A DNA stretch of 63,619 bases, counting the filler, from Sphacelaria rigidula (taxonomy: Eukaryota): the NCBI GenBank assembly GCA_964200075.2. It is 10 parts of 10 records of this genome, joined end to end, with 100 filler letters (N's around TTAATTAATTAA, not from the genome) between each part and the next. Parts side by side here need not be neighbours in the genome. Positions count along the whole stretch, not along the records: positions 57,349 to 63,619 come from CAXNAA020021097.1; 9 more parts are not named here. One strand, given 5' to 3'. The notes below the pieces were generated by a model. It was not told the DNA's origin. It did not search any database and saw only the letters and a list, made by a program, of their open reading frames with translations. Position 1 is the first letter of the stretch. Each line of letters begins with the position of its first letter. The translations under genes and the position numbers were made by a program. Below, piece by piece: positions 61,865 through 63,619 of this stretch.

Positions 61865-61975
61865 CGGGCGAGTACTCGAATCGAGTCATTGCTCGTTGTA
61901 AAAAGTAGTAATGACTCGAGCGCACGAGTCATCGCTCGTTGTAAAAAAAAGAAATGACTCGAGCACACGAGGCAT
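61865..61975. repeat. Short repeat of about 42-bp hairpin units (cgagtcat...atgactcg) x2, probable transposon subterminal region
   Basis: cgagtcat.gctcgttgtaaaaa...aatgactcgagc.cac occurs twice. Confidence 0.65.
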
Positions 61976-62935
61976 GCTTGTTGTGTCTTCAAAAAACATC
62001 CATGAGTGCACTCGTTCCGACGAGTAATGACTCATCCGATCTGTGCAGTATTTCATCATCACAGCATCAGCATCATCATCATCATAGTACCAAAATAGCA
62101 TTGAAAAAAAAAACGCGAATATTGAAGCAGAACAATCGAGAAAAGCTCCAACATACAAGAAAAACAGCTACAACAAATACAGCCACAGTCTCTGCAATCG
62201 TTTCATGCCTCTCGTTCTCGTGCCGAAAACAGTACCGTAACACCACACGCACTGCCTGTAGTACGAGACGGGACAACTCCAATCCCACACCGGGGTCAGT
62301 CAGGGGAACCATGAAATCACGTACAACACTGTGGCATTAATTAAGTCAAACTTGACTTCACGGACGGACGCTCCGCGCGGTGAAGGATTCCCACACTGCA
62401 CGTTGGAACACGGCATGAACATCCACTTTGTTGATAACCGCCGTGGATTCATGCATATTTTGGCACTTTACCGGTACCCACGGTACTGCACCGCAGTACA
62501 GCGGGGATTCCATCACAGTGCGGCGTCCCGCGACAGTGCAGGGTCCCACCACAGTACGGTCAATATGCATGTGATAAGTTCGAGTTTCTAATAATCGTAA
62601 TATACCAGTATAGTGCAGGGTCCGACCATAGTGCAGTCAGTCTTGCCGAGTTTGCGACCCACCGCACGGTGATGGGACCCCCATCGTATGTTGTGCATCA
62701 CTTCCCTCTGCCGTCATGTAGGTATCACCCGCCCGTGATGAAGTATCGAGCCCTTCCAAGCATCATCGCCCAGCAGTCGTACACACCGTGTTCTACTAAT
62801 CTATTCGCAAAACACTTCAACGTAACAGTTGTCACGTCCGACAGACTGCCCCCCTCTATGGGTCTCACAAAACATGAACGCTCAGGAAAGCGTTCAAGGT
62901 ACCCCCCCCCCCTCCCGCCCCCTACTCCCCCCGGC

Positions 62936-63201
62936 CACCATACCAAAAAATGAAGCAACTCATTAGGGGCTAGCATCCAGATGCAAAATAATCCGTACGC
63001 TCCGGGCTAGAGAATCTTGGCAAGATGCAGGCCACCCTTCATACGACTCGCCGAAATCATAGCGGCCCTTCGCGGTTGATGATTGACTATAACACTGGTC
63101 CGGCGAGAACCCGGTGTGCTCCGTTCCGGCTTTTTAGGGATGCGAGGTCAACGGTCTTATGACTACGGCATGCAAGATCACGAGTACACCCACTCCCCCC
63201 C
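62936..63201 (+). mobile_element. Family A, 5'-truncated copy flanked by C-rich tracts on both sides
   Basis: Preceded by ccccccccccctcccgccccctactcccccc; ends gatcacgagtacacccactccccccc. Confidence 0.88.
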
Positions 63202-63394
63202 GCCGCCTTACAGGATTCGACTAGCACAAGAGTAGTGAAACGAAGCAGGGTTCAAACCACTGTCTCGTGGCGGAGGGATTGATGCAGTCATTCTCTAGTG
63301 GAGTTTTTGCGAGAAGAGGACGCCCCTGTGTATAGTAATTCTACAACGTTGTCCATTGTCCATTGAACATCCCTCGCCACCCGCCCCCCTCTCT

Positions 63395-63490
63395 TTTTAT
63401 GAGGAGTAGGAACGGAGCTCCGTCTCGAAAGGGATGCGGGGTCAATGGTCAAATGACTGGAGTAAGCAACACATGAATACGCCCCCCCCC
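63395..63490 (+). mobile_element. LINE (family B) 3' end with C9 tail
   Basis: aggagtaggaacggagctccgtctcgaaagggatgcggggtcaatggtcaaatgact...atgaatacg + C run, encoding RSRNGAPSRKGCGVNGQMT. Confidence 0.85.
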
Positions 63491-63493
63491 ATT

Positions 63494-63619
63494 GGTTAGA
63501 CACCCATGAGGCAGTGTATAAGCCGTGGCTGTCTCTGGAAGTGGTGATACCACAGAATAAAGCAACTCATTGTAGGCTGTCATCCAAATGCAAGACAATC
63601 AGTAGGCTTCGGGCCGAAC
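63494..63619 (+). mobile_element. Family A copy beginning right after the poly(C) tail of the LINE end; runs off the window
   Basis: ggttagacacccatgaggcagtgtataagccgtggctgtctctggaagtgg... Confidence 0.88.

Overview
This is eukaryotic, intron-rich, repeat-dense DNA, most consistent with a brown alga (Phaeophyceae). The window is not a real locus. It is ten unplaced, size-sorted contigs of 6271-6273 bp (1-6273, 6374-12645, 12746-19017, 19118-25389, 25490-31761, 31862-38133, 38234-44505, 44606-50877, 50978-57248, 57349-63619) joined by 100-bp N44-TTAATTAATTAA-N44 linkers, so neighbourhood across linkers means nothing. Supported host genes are partial spliced models of an ERGIC/Erv46 (PDI-C-like) C-terminus, an IQ + FAM13-like helical-repeat protein, a USP7/USP47-type deubiquitinase and an alpha/beta-hydrolase-fold protein lacking the catalytic Ser. 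There is also an intronless ORF with about 22 tandem EsV-1-7 Cys/His repeats. The rest is transposon debris: Gypsy integrase, Copia RNase H, LTRs, hAT/BED remnants, MITEs and tRNA-derived SINEs. The two most interesting observations are (1) the EsV-1-7 array, with an invariant C-x4-C-x16-C-x2-H scaffold and a hypervariable patch reminiscent of a TALE/zinc-finger code, and (2) a LINE plus a non-autonomous partner that share a 3' end, finish in poly(C) rather than poly(A), and sit in C/G homopolymer tracts. All family assignments come from motif recognition by eye; no database search was run.
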